NCBI RefSeq assembly: GCF_018977255.1
Contig: NW_024704742.1
Coordinates: 123,382,001-123,446,000, forward strand
Reading direction: 5' to 3'
Length of the DNA stretch: 64,000 bases
DNA from: Callorhinchus milii
Lineage: Eukaryota
This document shows positions 52,001 to 63,615 of the stretch, one piece after another (position 1 is the stretch's first letter; every line of letters starts with the position of its first letter). Under the pieces are notes generated by a model that saw only the letters and a list, made by a program, of their open reading frames with translations, did not search any database and had not been told where the DNA came from. Both the position numbers and the translations under genes were made by a program.

Positions 52001-55000
52001 GAGTTAAGTTAGAAGATCAGCCATGATCTTAGTGAATGGCGGGGCAGGTTCGAGGGGCCGAATGGCCTACTCCTGCTCCTAATTCCTATGTTCCTATGTT
52101 ACTAGGACTTCTCAAAGCGCTTCGCAGGATTTACTGTGAAATTGAGTGGCTGTGTATTTGTGGGTAAACGCAGCAGGCCTGGAATAAGTGACCAATTTTA
52201 TTTAGGGGATTATCAGCCAGGACATTGGGAGAAACTCATCTTCTCTTTTCAAACAGTGCCATGGGATCTTTAACATCGACCTAGACAGGCATAAGATTGG
52301 GGGATATTTTTGTGTGAACTGCACTTCAATGAACCCAAGCATACTTTAACAGTTCAGTTTGAAATTGATTCATATTCTAGCATACCTGAGTCCAGGATTC
52401 TGTATCAACCATTCGATATTTAATGTTATATTTGAGAGGAAAATTAACTGGCGTTGAACTTCTAGGTGTCTGCCATGTTATCAACAAGCATCTCTTTTGA
52501 TCCTTACAAGGTTGAACAGCTACATTCTTCGGAGATGCAGGTTTCACTAGAATAAAGAAGATACCAATCATCAATCAACTAACATACAGGCACTTTCTCA
52601 TGGGAAGACAATTAAATATCATACCCACAATAGACCTAATACATAATTCTATGTTATAGGTGGACTTTCAGCTTTATGGAAGATAACACAGCTCTGCCTC
52701 ATAGAATATCACTTTGCCTTCTTTTACTGGAGAGCATGAAAAGAAGAAAAGGGAATAACACAGAATTGACTGGTCAACCCTCATCCCACAGTTTAGTCAG
52801 CCATGAATAGAGGTGCAGACGTTCATCTACAAATTCACAGTCACTACACTTTACAGTATATTCTGTGACCCACTTTGAGATATCCTCCTGATGCAAAAGG
52901 TGTTATATGAAATGCAAGGATTACTATTATTAAAACAACAGCCTGCATGATAGTGTTTCCTTCATGAAGGGAAGGGTCTTGGAGGGCTTTACAGTAGCGT
53001 ATCCTGACACCGAGCATCTTTACTCACGTAAATCACTTTGGTATACCAGCCATCTCCGCTCCCTTAAAGCCCAGGCACGTTCCGCTGAGCGTACCTGGCT
53101 TAAATCAAACCTATCTGTCTGCCTGGACATGTCAAATCCTACTGCTCCGCCCTCGCCTCCACTAAATCATCGTTCTACTCCAAGACAATCTTGGAGGCTA
53201 AGGATAACCCCAGGCTCCTCTTCCCCATCCTCCAACCAGCTCATCTACCCATCCTCACCTCAAATGCCAACTGCGAGGCGATGCTGAACTTCCTCAAATC
53301 CAAAGTCGAGGGAATCCGCTCAACTGCCTCTGCCACTGCAACTGCTACCCCCTGCCCATCTCCTCCTCCCACCCCAGCCCCTACCCACCCCTCCCTCCAC
53401 ACCTTTCAACCGTCTCCCTCTCCTCTCTCACCACCACCATAACCTGCATGAAACCCACCACCTGCTCCCTTAATCCTATCCCTACCCTAACATCGTAAAC
53501 CTCTCCCTGCTCTCTGGTACTGTTCCCACTCCTTCAAAAACCGCTGTCATCACTCCTATCCTTAAAAACTCTCCCTGGACCCTTCTCTACTCCCTAACTA
53601 CTGCCCCATCTCCAACCTCCCCTTCCTCTCCAAGGTCCTGGAACAAGTTGTTGCTTCTCAGCTTCTCCTTCCTTTCGCGCCACTCCCTTCTCAAACCTCT
53701 CCAATCGGGTTTCCGTGCACAGAAACAGCTCTGATCAAAGTGACAAATGACATTCTGTCCCTCTGCCTCCTCATCCTCTTTGACCTCTCTGCTGCTTTCG
53801 ACACTGTCAACCATTCTATCCTCATCCACCGCCTCTCCTCCCACCTCAACGGCGCTGTCCTTGATTGGTTCGGATCGTATCTCTCACACCGCCTGCACCT
53901 CATCTCCTCAAATGGCTTCTCCTCTAGTCCCAAGACCATCTCATGAGCCGTTTCTCAGGGCTCTGTCCTTGGTCCCCTCCTCTTCAATATCTATATGCTC
54001 CCTCTTGGTGACATCATCCGCAGACATGATAGATGTCAACTTCCACATGTATGCGGATGACACCCAACTGCATCTCTCTGCCTCCACCCTTGACTCCAGG
54101 ACCACTGCTGTGCTGACAGAATGTCTGTCAGACATCAAGTCCTGGATGAGAGCTTCAGTTGAATGTCAACAAGACCGAATAATGTAATTCCTCACCTCAG
54201 GCACTGACAACATCACCATCCATGGTTGCACGCTCCATCTTGGTAAGCCAGTCCAGAACCTTGGGTCCTTTTTTGATCCTCAACTATCCTTTCTACCCCA
54301 CATCTGTGCCATGACTCACTCTGCCTTCCCCCACCTCCGCAACGTCGCCCGACTCTGGCACTGTCTCACACCGCAGGCCGCCAAAACCCTCATACACGCC
54401 TTCATTACATCGAGGCTCAACTATGTGAACTCATTGCTTGTCGGCCTCCCCAACTCCTCCCTCCACAGGCTGCAGATCATCCAGAACTCTGCAGCCCGTG
54501 TCCTCTTCCGCAAGGCTCCGTGACCCTATCACCCCTATCCTTGCCCAACTCCACTGGCTTCCCATCACACAGTTCAAGATCCTGGTCCTCAGCTTCAAAG
54601 CCCTCCATGATCTTGCTCCCCCCTACCTCTCTGACCTCCTAACCCCCTACCACCCTGTTCGCTCCCTCCACTCAGTGGGCTCTGGCCTGCTTCACGTCCC
54701 CCGCCTTGCTCACCCCACTATCGGCGGGCGGACCTTCCACCACTCTGCCCCCACCCTCTGGAACTCCACCCCGCAGTCTCTCTGCCTCGCCCCCTCCCTC
54801 GCCACCTTCAAGACCCACCTCAAGACCCTCCTCTTCGACCGTGCTTTCGATCTCCTTGCTTCCCCCCCATCCTCCACCCTCCTCCACCCCAACCCTCAGC
54901 TCGGGTCCGTAACTCTGTCTGTCCAGCGCCGTGGGATGTCCTCCCAACGTGAAAGGCGCTATACAAATGTCATTTTGTTGTTGTTGTTGTTTATAAATAT

Positions 55001-58000
55001 TTACATTAAGTGGCAAGTCTGCCAAGTCACAAGCTGAAGGAGAGGAAGGCCTCAAATAGCAACCAAACTATATAAAGAAGGTTTTATATTCATCAAGCTT
55101 TGCGAGAACCTCAACCATCCATTACAGTTATGTTTATTGCCATAAAGATAGAATTTTCAGCAAAAGTTAAACCCTCTTTGTATGTATTTCGTGCTGTTAC
55201 AAGGCAACCTTTACATTGCTAGCTATCATCTGGGTTCAATATGTCAGAACCCACATTTATAAGGCAAGAAAAAAAATGGCCAACCTATTTAACTATTTAA
55301 AATAGTTGTTAAAAGAAGCAGAGGGGAGGTGACGAGAAATTGTTTCACACAGCGAGTTGTTCAGATCTTGAATTAATTGCCTGAAAGAGTGGTGGAAGCT
55401 GATTCGATAACAATGTTTAAGAGAGAAATAGATAATTATTTGGGGAGGACAAGTTTGCAGGGCTATAGGGAGAGAGCGGTGGAGTGGGAATGAATTGGAT
55501 AGCTCTTTTCAAAGAGCCGGCACAGACATGATGGGCCGAATGGCCTCTTTCTATGCTGTATAATTCTATGATTTTATGAGAAGCCAACCTTTTGGCAAAA
55601 AACACTTACTACTCCCTGCCCATGTGCATTGGGGCAAGAAGTGCCTCTGACATCACTTCTTTTGCAAAGTGACATCAGAGGTACTTCCACCACATAACAC
55701 ATGTGCACAGAATGCAGAAAGTGCTTCCTGTGCATAGCAGAAAGTGAGCTCAGTGTGACCTGATAAACCAAAAGTTGGCTTTTTTAAAAAAAAGCATGGG
55801 AAGCCAGTGGCAGAAGCCAGAGGTACCATGCTTCCTGCCAGTGTGGGTTCACAGTTCGCTCACACTCGAAGCAAATCCATACTCAACCCATGTGCTTTAT
55901 AAGGGGGAAATCCTGTATCTGGATATTAGTCATGCAACACAAGATACATTCTAAATGATTTGTTTCCGGCATTTCTCCATTACATCTGAAGCTGTTAACA
56001 TTAGTTGTGAAGTAGACCATCTAATGTGTGGTTAATTTAACAGTTATTTGTATAAAATATTTATAATTACAAATATGTGAAACGTCCAGGTACAATGGAT
56101 CAGACTGAGCTTTGCCCAAAGCATTCTGAGCTGTTACGCTGATCATGAGTTGTCCTTTACTGTACAGATGTGGAAACATGAAAGAACATGAATTACTCTT
56201 CAAGGTATTGCAGGTGTAAGGTTTTCTCGTACTCCTGAAAAATAATGAAACAACCATTTACGTTGAGTTTATAACAACCCTTGTTTTTATTATAGTATCT
56301 ATGATGTCTCAAAGTGTTTCACAAAAATTATGTGATGGTACTTGTAGGTGAATATAGCAGCTAATTACACAAACAACCATGAAGGAAAGACGACTAAAGA
56401 AATTAGTCATGGCTGTGTGTGGATCATTCTGGTGTTCGTTGGCTGCTGCATTCACCTATAAATACACAAACACTCACTCAACAGTAATTCCTGTGAAATC
56501 TTCAACAACATGATAGTGAACCATCATCAAACCTGTTCAAGCAACCATATCCATTCAGCAACCAGCCCCTGTTTACAACCACGCTGGAACAGCCACACAT
56601 TACATACGCACACACTCCAATGATCTCTTATTCAAAGGCCACTCTTATATAAGGCCACTGTGGCCCCATCTGCTGAGTGGCTGTTAAAGACAGGTTTGAC
56701 TCTATATCAAATGCAAGGATTATAAACATTATATAAAATAATATATGGGATTGAAAATAGTATTTCATATACGTGTACATCAAACCAGCAAGACAATAAG
56801 TCAGGACAGGAGTCAAAATTGATTTGCATTCAATAATAATAATAATCCTTGCTTATGTGATATAATTTAATTATAATTAATTTAATTAACTAATGTGATA
56901 TAGAGCATTATCACGTCATTGAGAAGTCTTAAAGCACTTTGCAGAACATACTGTGAAGTGAATTGACCGTATATTTGTGGGCGAAACCCAGCGCCTTGGG
57001 ACGTCCTCCCGACGTGAAAGGCGCTCTATAAATGGAATCTTGTTGTTGTTGTTGTTGTAGCAGCCAGTTGCCATAGCAGTGTCCCACAAACAATCGTTGA
57101 TTGAATGACCCAATTTTTTTTAATGGATTATTAATCCCAGAAAGAAATTCGATCACCGATCGAATAACAACCTACTTACTGCTAGCTAAACAGAGGTGTA
57201 TGGAGTAAGGAAACTTGCCTAAGGTTTCGCCTCGCCGAGGAATTGAACCCAGGTCCACTCGCTTGCGAGGTGAGTGCTTTAACCGATAAGCTACAGGACT
57301 CCACAATGTATTTTTACTGTTTTGATGCAAAGTAATCTTTTTCTGAAACAGTGAGATTTCTGATACTTACAATTGTTTAGTTACTGTGAAATTCGTTTCT
57401 AAGTCCGTTTCTCGCCCACGATCCCAGAAACAAGTAAAATTCTTCCTAAAGTATGCAATGCAGGAAACATTTTTCGGTTTGTCAGGTGGAGCTGGGGGAA
57501 AAATAGAAAGGCTGAATGAAAGAATATTCCACACGTATCAGTAAATAAAACATTTCAAAATTATATGGCAAAGGTAATTATGTGATGGTTATGAGGCCTT
57601 GATTGATGGTGGCAGTGTGTTCCTGTGTATTGTTTATTATTTGTATAATTTATATAGTTTATAGCTCTCACCCATTAACCATTCTTCATGTGGAAATGTG
57701 ATGCTGTCTCTGAGATGCTATCCTGCAGGAAAGGTGCTGTAAACTGCAAGTTGTTGTCAACAGCCTTTTCACCCATGGGCGAGAAGATATCACAGACTAA
57801 CCCAACTCTGTCCTCAGTGAATAGAAATAGATTTTATAGGCAAATAATCCATATGCAATATATCAGCACTTCAGGTTCACAGGGGCATTCTAACGGGCAT
57901 TGGCCTATGTCTTCCTTTTACAAAAATATATCCACCTGTTGGGTATTTGCAATATTTTCTGATTTTATTTGGGATTTCTAGCATTCCCAGTTTTCCATTT

Positions 58001-60495
58001 TAACTCCACATTTATAAAGTGACCACTTACATCCTGCTTTGACTATGAATATGTGAAGAGTGAGTAGTTTCCCTTTACTGTCAATCTCGCATTCCACTTC
58101 ACTTCTCGGCACATTAAAGTTTCTCAAGGACAGAAGGGAAACGCTTGCATTGATGGCTCGATATTGCTCCTGTGATGCTCGAACACCATTTACTATCCAG
58201 AATATGTGGCTTGCATTTGCTTCAAACTTATCAAAGCACTTTTCCCTCAAGCTGCACGACATTGTGAGATTTGAGCCGAGTTGCACTTCGGATGGAGAGT
58301 CGAAATCGTGACAAGTCATTCCCAATCCAACTGTCAATTTGTACATGAAAAGAACAAACATCAACATGAGGTAAGGCAGTGCAAGCAGGAATGAGATATC
58401 TACAACACAGACACAAGGGCTTTCAGTGATATAATAATAATCCTTTCATTTGATATTTGGGCAAGTTTCCTTACTCCACACAGAGCCTAATAATAATCCC
58501 TCCAAAAACCAAAAACAATAATAAATTGGTCATTTTCAATCTACGACTGTTTGTGGGACATTGCTGTGCGCAATTGGCTGCCGCGTTCGCCCACAAAAAG
58601 TCAATTCACTTTACAGTGTGTTCTGTGAAGCGCTTTGGGATGTCCTCCCGACGTGAAAAGCGCTATATCAAATGCAAGGATTATTATTATTATTATTATT
58701 ATTATACAGCATATTCTGTGAAGCGTTTTGAGACGTCTTGAAGAGGTGAAAAGCGCTATATTAAATGCAAGGATTATTATTATTATTATTATTATTATTA
58801 TACAGTTAACCTCTGCTGTGCTGGCTCCGGCCCCTCCACTCCATCATCAGCGGCTGTGCTTCCAACCACTATGCCCCGAAACTTTGGAACTCTCTCCCTC
58901 AATCCATCCGCCTTGCCCCTCCTTCCCCATTTTCAGATCACATCTCTTCAACCATGCTACCGCCTCCCCTGGCTGGGCATCAGGCTCCAGATAAGATTGG
59001 TCATTCACTTCATAGCTCCAAGCGCACTGGGATGCTACCCTACGTGAGGGGTGGTATATAAATGCATGGTGTTGTTATTGTAGCTGTTTGCGAGATATTG
59101 CTCTGTGCAAATTAGCTCCATATTTACTTATAAATATAATCACTACCCTTTATAGTAAATCTTGTGAAATGCATTGAAATGTTCGATGACATGATAAGAA
59201 GCTGAATAGGAATATGACTGGATTGAGATTATCCAAACATAGGATCTGAATTGCAGGTAGACAGAGGAGACTTTTACCAATCAGTTTGAACTGGATATGG
59301 ACCAATATGAACATAGGAAAAGTCAGAGCCAGAGTCACTGATTTCTCCAAGGAATCAATCCACTGATGAGTTCCAAGCTGAAGTTTCGTGAGCATGTGGC
59401 ACACAATAACAATTTGCATTTATCCAGTGCTCTTCATGCAGGATACTGCCTCAGACACAACAGATTCTCTGGACAAAATAATAATCCTATAATAATAATC
59501 CTTGCATTTGATATAGCGCTTTTCACGTCGGGAGGACATCCCAAAGCGCTTCACAGAACACACTGTAAAGTCAATTGACTGTATATTTGTGGGCGAACGC
59601 GGCAGCCAATTGCGCACAGCAATGTCCCACAAACAGTCGTAGATTGAAAATGACCAATTTATTATTGTTTTGTTTTTTTGGAGGGATTATTATTAGGCGT
59701 GTGGAGTAAGGAAACTTGCCCAAGGTTTCGCCCTGCCTGGAATTGAACTCAGGTCTCTCGCTTGCAAAGCGAGTGCTCTAACCACTGAGCTACAGGACTC
59801 CACAAAATACTACCTACTTTACAGGAAATGTTGCCAAGGCAATGTATTTAATACATAGAAAAGGGGACCTAAAACTACAGACACACACTAAACATTAAAG
59901 ATAAAATCACAAACACAAAGAGACAGAAGCCTGACCAGCAGAAAACAGAGATACAGACTGAGATAACATACACAACAACATACAAACTGAGATAAGAAAT
60001 TTCAACTGTCAGTGAGTTTCCCAACTTCTGGTTGTTTGTAGTGTGCACATCCCAATCTCTGCTGTTCAGGAAATGCATGGATAATTTATAAATAATTGTA
60101 AACACATGCAGTTAGTCAAAAAACACAGAAGAGAATGAAAGATCAACACATACAACTATACAATTTGCATTTATATAGCACTTTCACTCAGGATCCCATC
60201 TTAAAAGTGCTGTATAGAACTGGGTTGGATGTTGAGCAAGGAAAAAGGTGGAGGGCAGATGGCCATAGACATATGCACACAAACCAATAGAAGCAGAAAC
60301 ATGCTAAGTTAAAAGCATGTTGAGATATGTTACATATTCATAGATGAAAGATACTCACATTATCATTAACATTATCATAACTGCATATGACATGCATCAT
60401 ATAAATGTAATATTTATTTGACTTACCTTCACAACCATATGTATGTAGCAAAAACATCACCCAGGCCCAAGCAGAGATGATGTTTTCTGTGGTAA
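33955..60495 (-). CDS. Gene B: gp130(IL6ST)/IL31RA-like class I cytokine receptor with Ig D1, spliced CDS of at least 15 exons, ~890 aa; 5' start unresolved
   Basis: Exons in transcript order: 60495-60427, 58330-58031, 57491-57371, 56234-56071, 52546-52386, 49441-49285, 47988-47906, 46395-46179, 44795-44607, 43445-43344, 39183-39040, 38155-38015, 37199-37115, 35202-35121, 34620-33955. All GT-AG with consistent phases. Contains Ig, CBM with WSEWS, three [15 protein letters not shown] and YKSQ. Confidence 0.92.
35121..35202 (-). CDS. Gene B Box1 exon ([11 protein letters not shown])
   Basis: Identical to gp130 Box1 IWPNVPDP; 82 nt. Confidence 0.94.
36654..36970 (-). mobile_element. tRNA-derived SINE, short form
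   Basis: Reverse complement of the SINE family. Confidence 0.85.
37115..37199 (-). CDS. Gene B transmembrane exon ([25 protein letters not shown])
   Basis: Hydrophobic run with AIVVP as in gp130, followed by KK. Confidence 0.92.
38015..38155 (-). CDS. Gene B FNIII-3 exon b ([21 protein letters not shown])
   Basis: 141 nt; family motifs. Confidence 0.92.
38497..38718. mobile_element. hAT (Charlie-like) MITE, 222 bp
   Basis: TIRs CAGTGGTGACCAACA and rc CAGTGGTGGCCCACA (13/15 match); 8-bp TSD ccttagtc/ccttagac. Confidence 0.8.
39040..39183 (-). CDS. Gene B FNIII-3 exon a (PKEGP...WDEIP...[10 protein letters not shown])
   Basis: Family motifs and splice sites. Confidence 0.92.
40034..40366 (-). 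mobile_element. tRNA-derived SINE with expanded (TTA)n tail
   Basis: Reverse complement of the SINE; (TAA)n run at 40034-40085. Confidence 0.85.
43344..43445 (-). CDS. Gene B FNIII-2 exon b ([16 protein letters not shown]...AYLEQ)
   Basis: 102 nt; CYxIT..GPG..AYL. Confidence 0.92.
44607..44795 (-). CDS. Gene B FNIII-2 exon a (LLEW...FVIEWCLA...HWQ)
   Basis: VIEWC motif; gtgagt donor. Confidence 0.9.
46179..46395 (-). CDS. Gene B FNIII-1 exon b (EANGIILGY...AYNSAGDSP)
   Basis: Family motifs and splice sites. Confidence 0.92.
47442..47764 (-). mobile_element. tRNA-derived SINE, short subfamily
   Basis: Near-identical to the copies at 12629 and 59489. Confidence 0.9.
47906..47988 (-). CDS. 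Gene B FNIII-1 exon a ([11 protein letters not shown]...RNVHLLLK)
   Basis: 83 nt, phase 1 to 0, homologous to gene A 13053-13132. Confidence 0.87.
48843..49204 (-). mobile_element. tRNA-derived SINE, long subfamily
   Basis: Reverse complement, includes the internal segment. Confidence 0.85.
49285..49441 (-). CDS. Gene B WSXWS exon ([13 protein letters not shown]...YWSEWS)
   Basis: WSEWS; cttttag acceptor and gtacgt donor. Confidence 0.94.
49585..50370 (+). mobile_element. Degraded L2 fragment
   Basis: [22 protein letters not shown] and LHWLP remnants. Confidence 0.8.
50953..52100 (+). mobile_element. CR1-clade LINE 3' portion (RT) with (TTCCTATG)n tail
   Basis: ORF 51069-51884 has [37 protein letters not shown] and TQRVV; 3' ggggccgaatggcctactcctgctcct tail. 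Confidence 0.93.
52386..52546 (-). CDS. Gene B CBM exon (KPASPKNV...LKYNIKYR...W)
   Basis: LKYNIxYR as in gp130; splice sites present. Confidence 0.92.
53030..54990 (+). mobile_element. Degraded L2 LINE (RT plus 3' tail)
   Basis: [18 protein letters not shown] and LHWLP in shifting frames; (TTG)n tail. Confidence 0.9.
55305..55575 (+). mobile_element. CR1 3' fragment
   Basis: ttcacacagcgagttg...gatgggccgaatggcct...ttctatgatt tail. Confidence 0.7.
56071..56234 (-). CDS. Gene B CBM exon (C...SCSFMFP...VTAQNALGK)
   Basis: Second Cys pair, VxAxNALG; splice sites present. Confidence 0.92.
56895..57303 (-). mobile_element. tRNA-derived SINE (long) with a nested L2 tail
   Basis: SINE reverse complement interrupted at ~56990-57058 by a plus-strand L2 tail. 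Confidence 0.85.
57371..57491 (-). CDS. Gene B CBM exon ([35 protein letters not shown])
   Basis: C-x9-CxW and GRETxLxTNFT; 121 nt. Confidence 0.93.
58031..58330 (-). CDS. Gene B Ig-like D1 exon ([17 protein letters not shown]...ANASHIFW...EQY..IN..C)
   Basis: Aligns by eye to gp130 D1 VQLHSNFTAVCVLKEKC...NANYIVW...EQYTIIN; 300 nt, phase 1-1. Confidence 0.92.
58457..58800 (+). mobile_element. 5'-truncated SINE with a second tandem tail
   Basis: Starts at ttgggcaagtttcc; two successive tail plus (TTA)n units. Confidence 0.85.
59489..59802 (-). mobile_element. tRNA-derived SINE, short subfamily
   Basis: Near-identical to the copy at 47442. Confidence 0.9.
60427..60495 (-). CDS. Gene B putative signal-peptide exon (..[20 protein letters not shown])
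   Basis: Strong acceptor ttttctctccttcag and donor gtaagt, hydrophobic, ends in phase 1. No convincing upstream ATG was found. Confidence 0.6.
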
Positions 60496-61159
60496 CTGAA
60501 GGAGAGAAAAGTATCACTCAATTTAAATTGATTTTGATACACAATCAAACCTGTTAAAGCAAGTTTATTCAGCAACTACCTGCTGTCAGGACCCTCCCAC
60601 CCTGAATGATTTTCCATATTAGATTGTCTCTATTCGGCAAACACCAGTCTGTCTAACACCAACCGGTGGCCACTCCTTTTCTTTTTGCTCTGTTGGTGCA
60701 CAGACACCCTTCTCAGCGGCCAGTTCTAAGTGAATTTAAGTTTAGTTACTGGGAATGCATTACCATTCAGCACCTTGGGACATCCTCCTGACGTGAAAAG
60801 CGCTTTACAAATGTAATTTTGTATTGTGTATCAATAACTGGGTCTGCATGTAGATTCCTGCAAGACTCCTAGCCCATTTACCAACACTAGCTGAGCAGCC
60901 CATGTGATGCCCACAAGCTTCCCACCTCACCAGTGAGGCAACATTGGTAAATGTTCTAGGTGTCTAACAGGAGTCTACACACGGGCCAACAGAAATTTTT
61001 AGTCACTGTACTTAAAGCAAGTTTTAGCAAATAGTTTCAGTTAAACTTGGTTGAAAGCAAAACTTACCTGAACAAATGTAATTTAATTCAACAGTGTCTC
61101 AACATGAGAAAAGAACAGCAACTTGTACTCTTCATCTATACCCTATTAAGGTTATACAT

Positions 61160-61570
61160 GTGTTAGCCTGGCTCAGTTGGAGGCACTCTTGCTTCTGATT
61201 CAGAAGATTGTAGGTTCAAGTCCCACATAGCCTCTTCTAGGCTAACACTCTAATATAACGCTGGGGGTGAGCTTTATTGTGGAGGTGACATCGCTTGGAT
61301 GAGACTTTAAACCAAAGTCCCGTCTCCCTGTTCAGGTGGGTGTGAAAGATCCCATGACACAATTCGAAAAGAGAAGGGAGTTTCTCCCTGGGTCCTAGCC
61401 AACTATCCCCCAGATAAAATGAGGCATTTACGCCATGGATGTTTGTGGGGCATTGCGGTGCGTAAATTTGCTGCCGCACTTGCCTACAAATACAGATTCA
61501 GTACACTTTACAATATATGCTGTAAAACACTTTGAGAAGTCCTCCTGATGTGAATGTTAAATTATAATAA
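61160..61570 (+). mobile_element. Older, diverged tRNA-headed DeuSINE-like element (related heads at ~20512, ~28215, ~50582, and minus strand ~47405)
   Basis: tggctcagttgg...ctcttgc.tctga.tcagaag.ttgt.ggttcaagtccca head; tttgtggg.cattgc.gtgcg core. Confidence 0.7.
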
Positions 61571-63254
61571 ACGCAAGCATGTTTCATGCCGCCCACCTGA
61601 TCTGCCCCACCATCAGTAGGCGAACTTACAGCTGCTCCATTCCTGCACTCTGAAACTCCATCCCTGAATCCCCTACCTTGCCCCTCCCTCAACACCTTCA
61701 AAGACCACCTTAGGATATATCTTTTTGACTGTGCTTTCAGACTCCGTTCTCTCTCAACCCCCACCACCCACAGCTTTGAGATATCTTCACATTGTTAATT
61801 GTAATAGTAATAATGGGATTCTTTATTGAGAATTTTAAAAATATTGATTTCATATGTCATTGTAAAGGATTTACAAATTTTCTGGAGTTTAAAAAGTATT
61901 ACGTGATTCAAGTCACAAACTGCAGAACACCTAGATACAATGGTATTTCGTATTGAGTGATTGAAGGCAGGTATAGGCCTGTCACATACAAGTTCTACTC
62001 ATACATGTATTCGGTAAATAACTCCAGGAATTAAATCCTATTTTTCCCAAGGTCCTGCCAAAAAAGATGGGATTCTATCCCTGAAGTTATTTCTCATGTA
62101 AGATATGCTTAGAATTAATAAGTTGGTATGTGACAAGTCTGTGCAAGTTATCAAAATGAAACCATTGACTGATCACTTACCACAAATCTAGCGGCACCGA
62201 CTGCTTTGAATGGTCTGCTTCAAAAGCATAGTGTATGATCGCATTACACTCCTATGTCAGTTGTTCCTTTAGGTGCTATGAGCTCCTTCATTTGCCACAC
62301 ATCATAAACTATCACTTTTGCTTAAACGAATAATCGCAAAATCAATGCTGGTTGCCAGATTTAAGTATTAAGAACTTGCATTTTTATTGGCCTTATCAGA
62401 TCCAAATATATCCAAGTGATTATTTTCAGGTCCAGCGACTGCTTTTGTAATGTGAGTAGCCATTTGTGCACATCAATGTCCTACAAACAACCAAAAGGTT
62501 AATGACCAATTTGTCAGGGTCGTTGGTCAGAATACTGAAAAAGATGCAAACAGGATGCTGGGCTAGTTTGTTAAATCTGTTGAGTTTAAACCCCCAAGGG
62601 TGTACAGTGCTCTGGCAGCTAGAGAACTGCATTCAGTTCTGGTCACCGTGACATTAAGGTGGGGAGCCTAGAGACAGTGCAGAGGACAGCAACAAGGATG
62701 ATCCTCAGTGTTTGAGGAATAATAATACTCCTTTTTTATAATAATCCTTATTTGATATAGAGCCTTATCACGTCTTCTAGACGTCTCAAAGCACTTCACA
62801 GAATATACTGTAAAGTGAATTGACTGTATATTTTGTGGGCAGCCAATTGCACACAGCAGTGTCCCACAAACAGTCGTGGATTGAAGTGACCAATTTTTTT
62901 TTGAAGGAATTATTACTCCCAGAAAAGCGATCCGCCAATCGACTATCGACTAACAATCGTGCTCCTATTTACTGCTAGGTGAACATGAGATACGACCCCA
63001 AGATGGGATGCACCAAGACAAGAGAACAAGAAGATGTAGGTTTAGAGTTGTAAAGGACAACTCATTATGAACAACAACATCAAATGGGTCGAAGCACCTT
63101 CTTCCTCCAAACCAATCTTGTGATCTTGTGTGAAGTTGTAGGGCAAACCTCTAAGGTCACCATTAAAGTAATAGTATTCATTTAGTCAAATTCAGTATAA
63201 GGGCACTGAGCTTCAATTTAGCCCATAAATTACATCTAAGATGAAATGATAAAT

Positions 63255-63615
63255 GGAGTCCTGTAGCTCAGTGGTTAGACCACTCGCCTCGCAAGCGAAT
63301 CAAATCAGCAAAATGGAGAAATGTTGGGCAAGTTTCCTTATCCACACACCTCTGTTTATCTAGCAGTAAGTAGGAACCTGGTTGTTAGTAGATTGGCGGA
63401 TCACTTTTCCGGGGATAATAATGCCTCAAAAAAAATAAGAAGAATTTGGTCACTCAATCCACAACTGTTTGTGGGACACTGCTGTGCGCAATTAGCTGCC
63501 ATATTTTGCCCACAAATATGCAGTCAATTCACTCTACGATATATTCTGTGAAGTGCTTAGAGACGTCTAGAAGACGTGAAAAGCACTATATCAAATGCAA
63601 GGATTATTATTATTA
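63255..63615 (+). mobile_element. tRNA-derived SINE, long subfamily
   Basis: Head, internal segment, core and tail all present. Confidence 0.85.

Noticed and set aside
33955..60495. Assigning the symbols IL6ST to gene B and IL31RA to gene A
   Set aside because: Architecture and orientation fit, but motif content conflicts: B lacks the distal YxPQ motifs and has NPYLKS, while A has gp130-like TM and dileucine segments. A phylogeny is needed.
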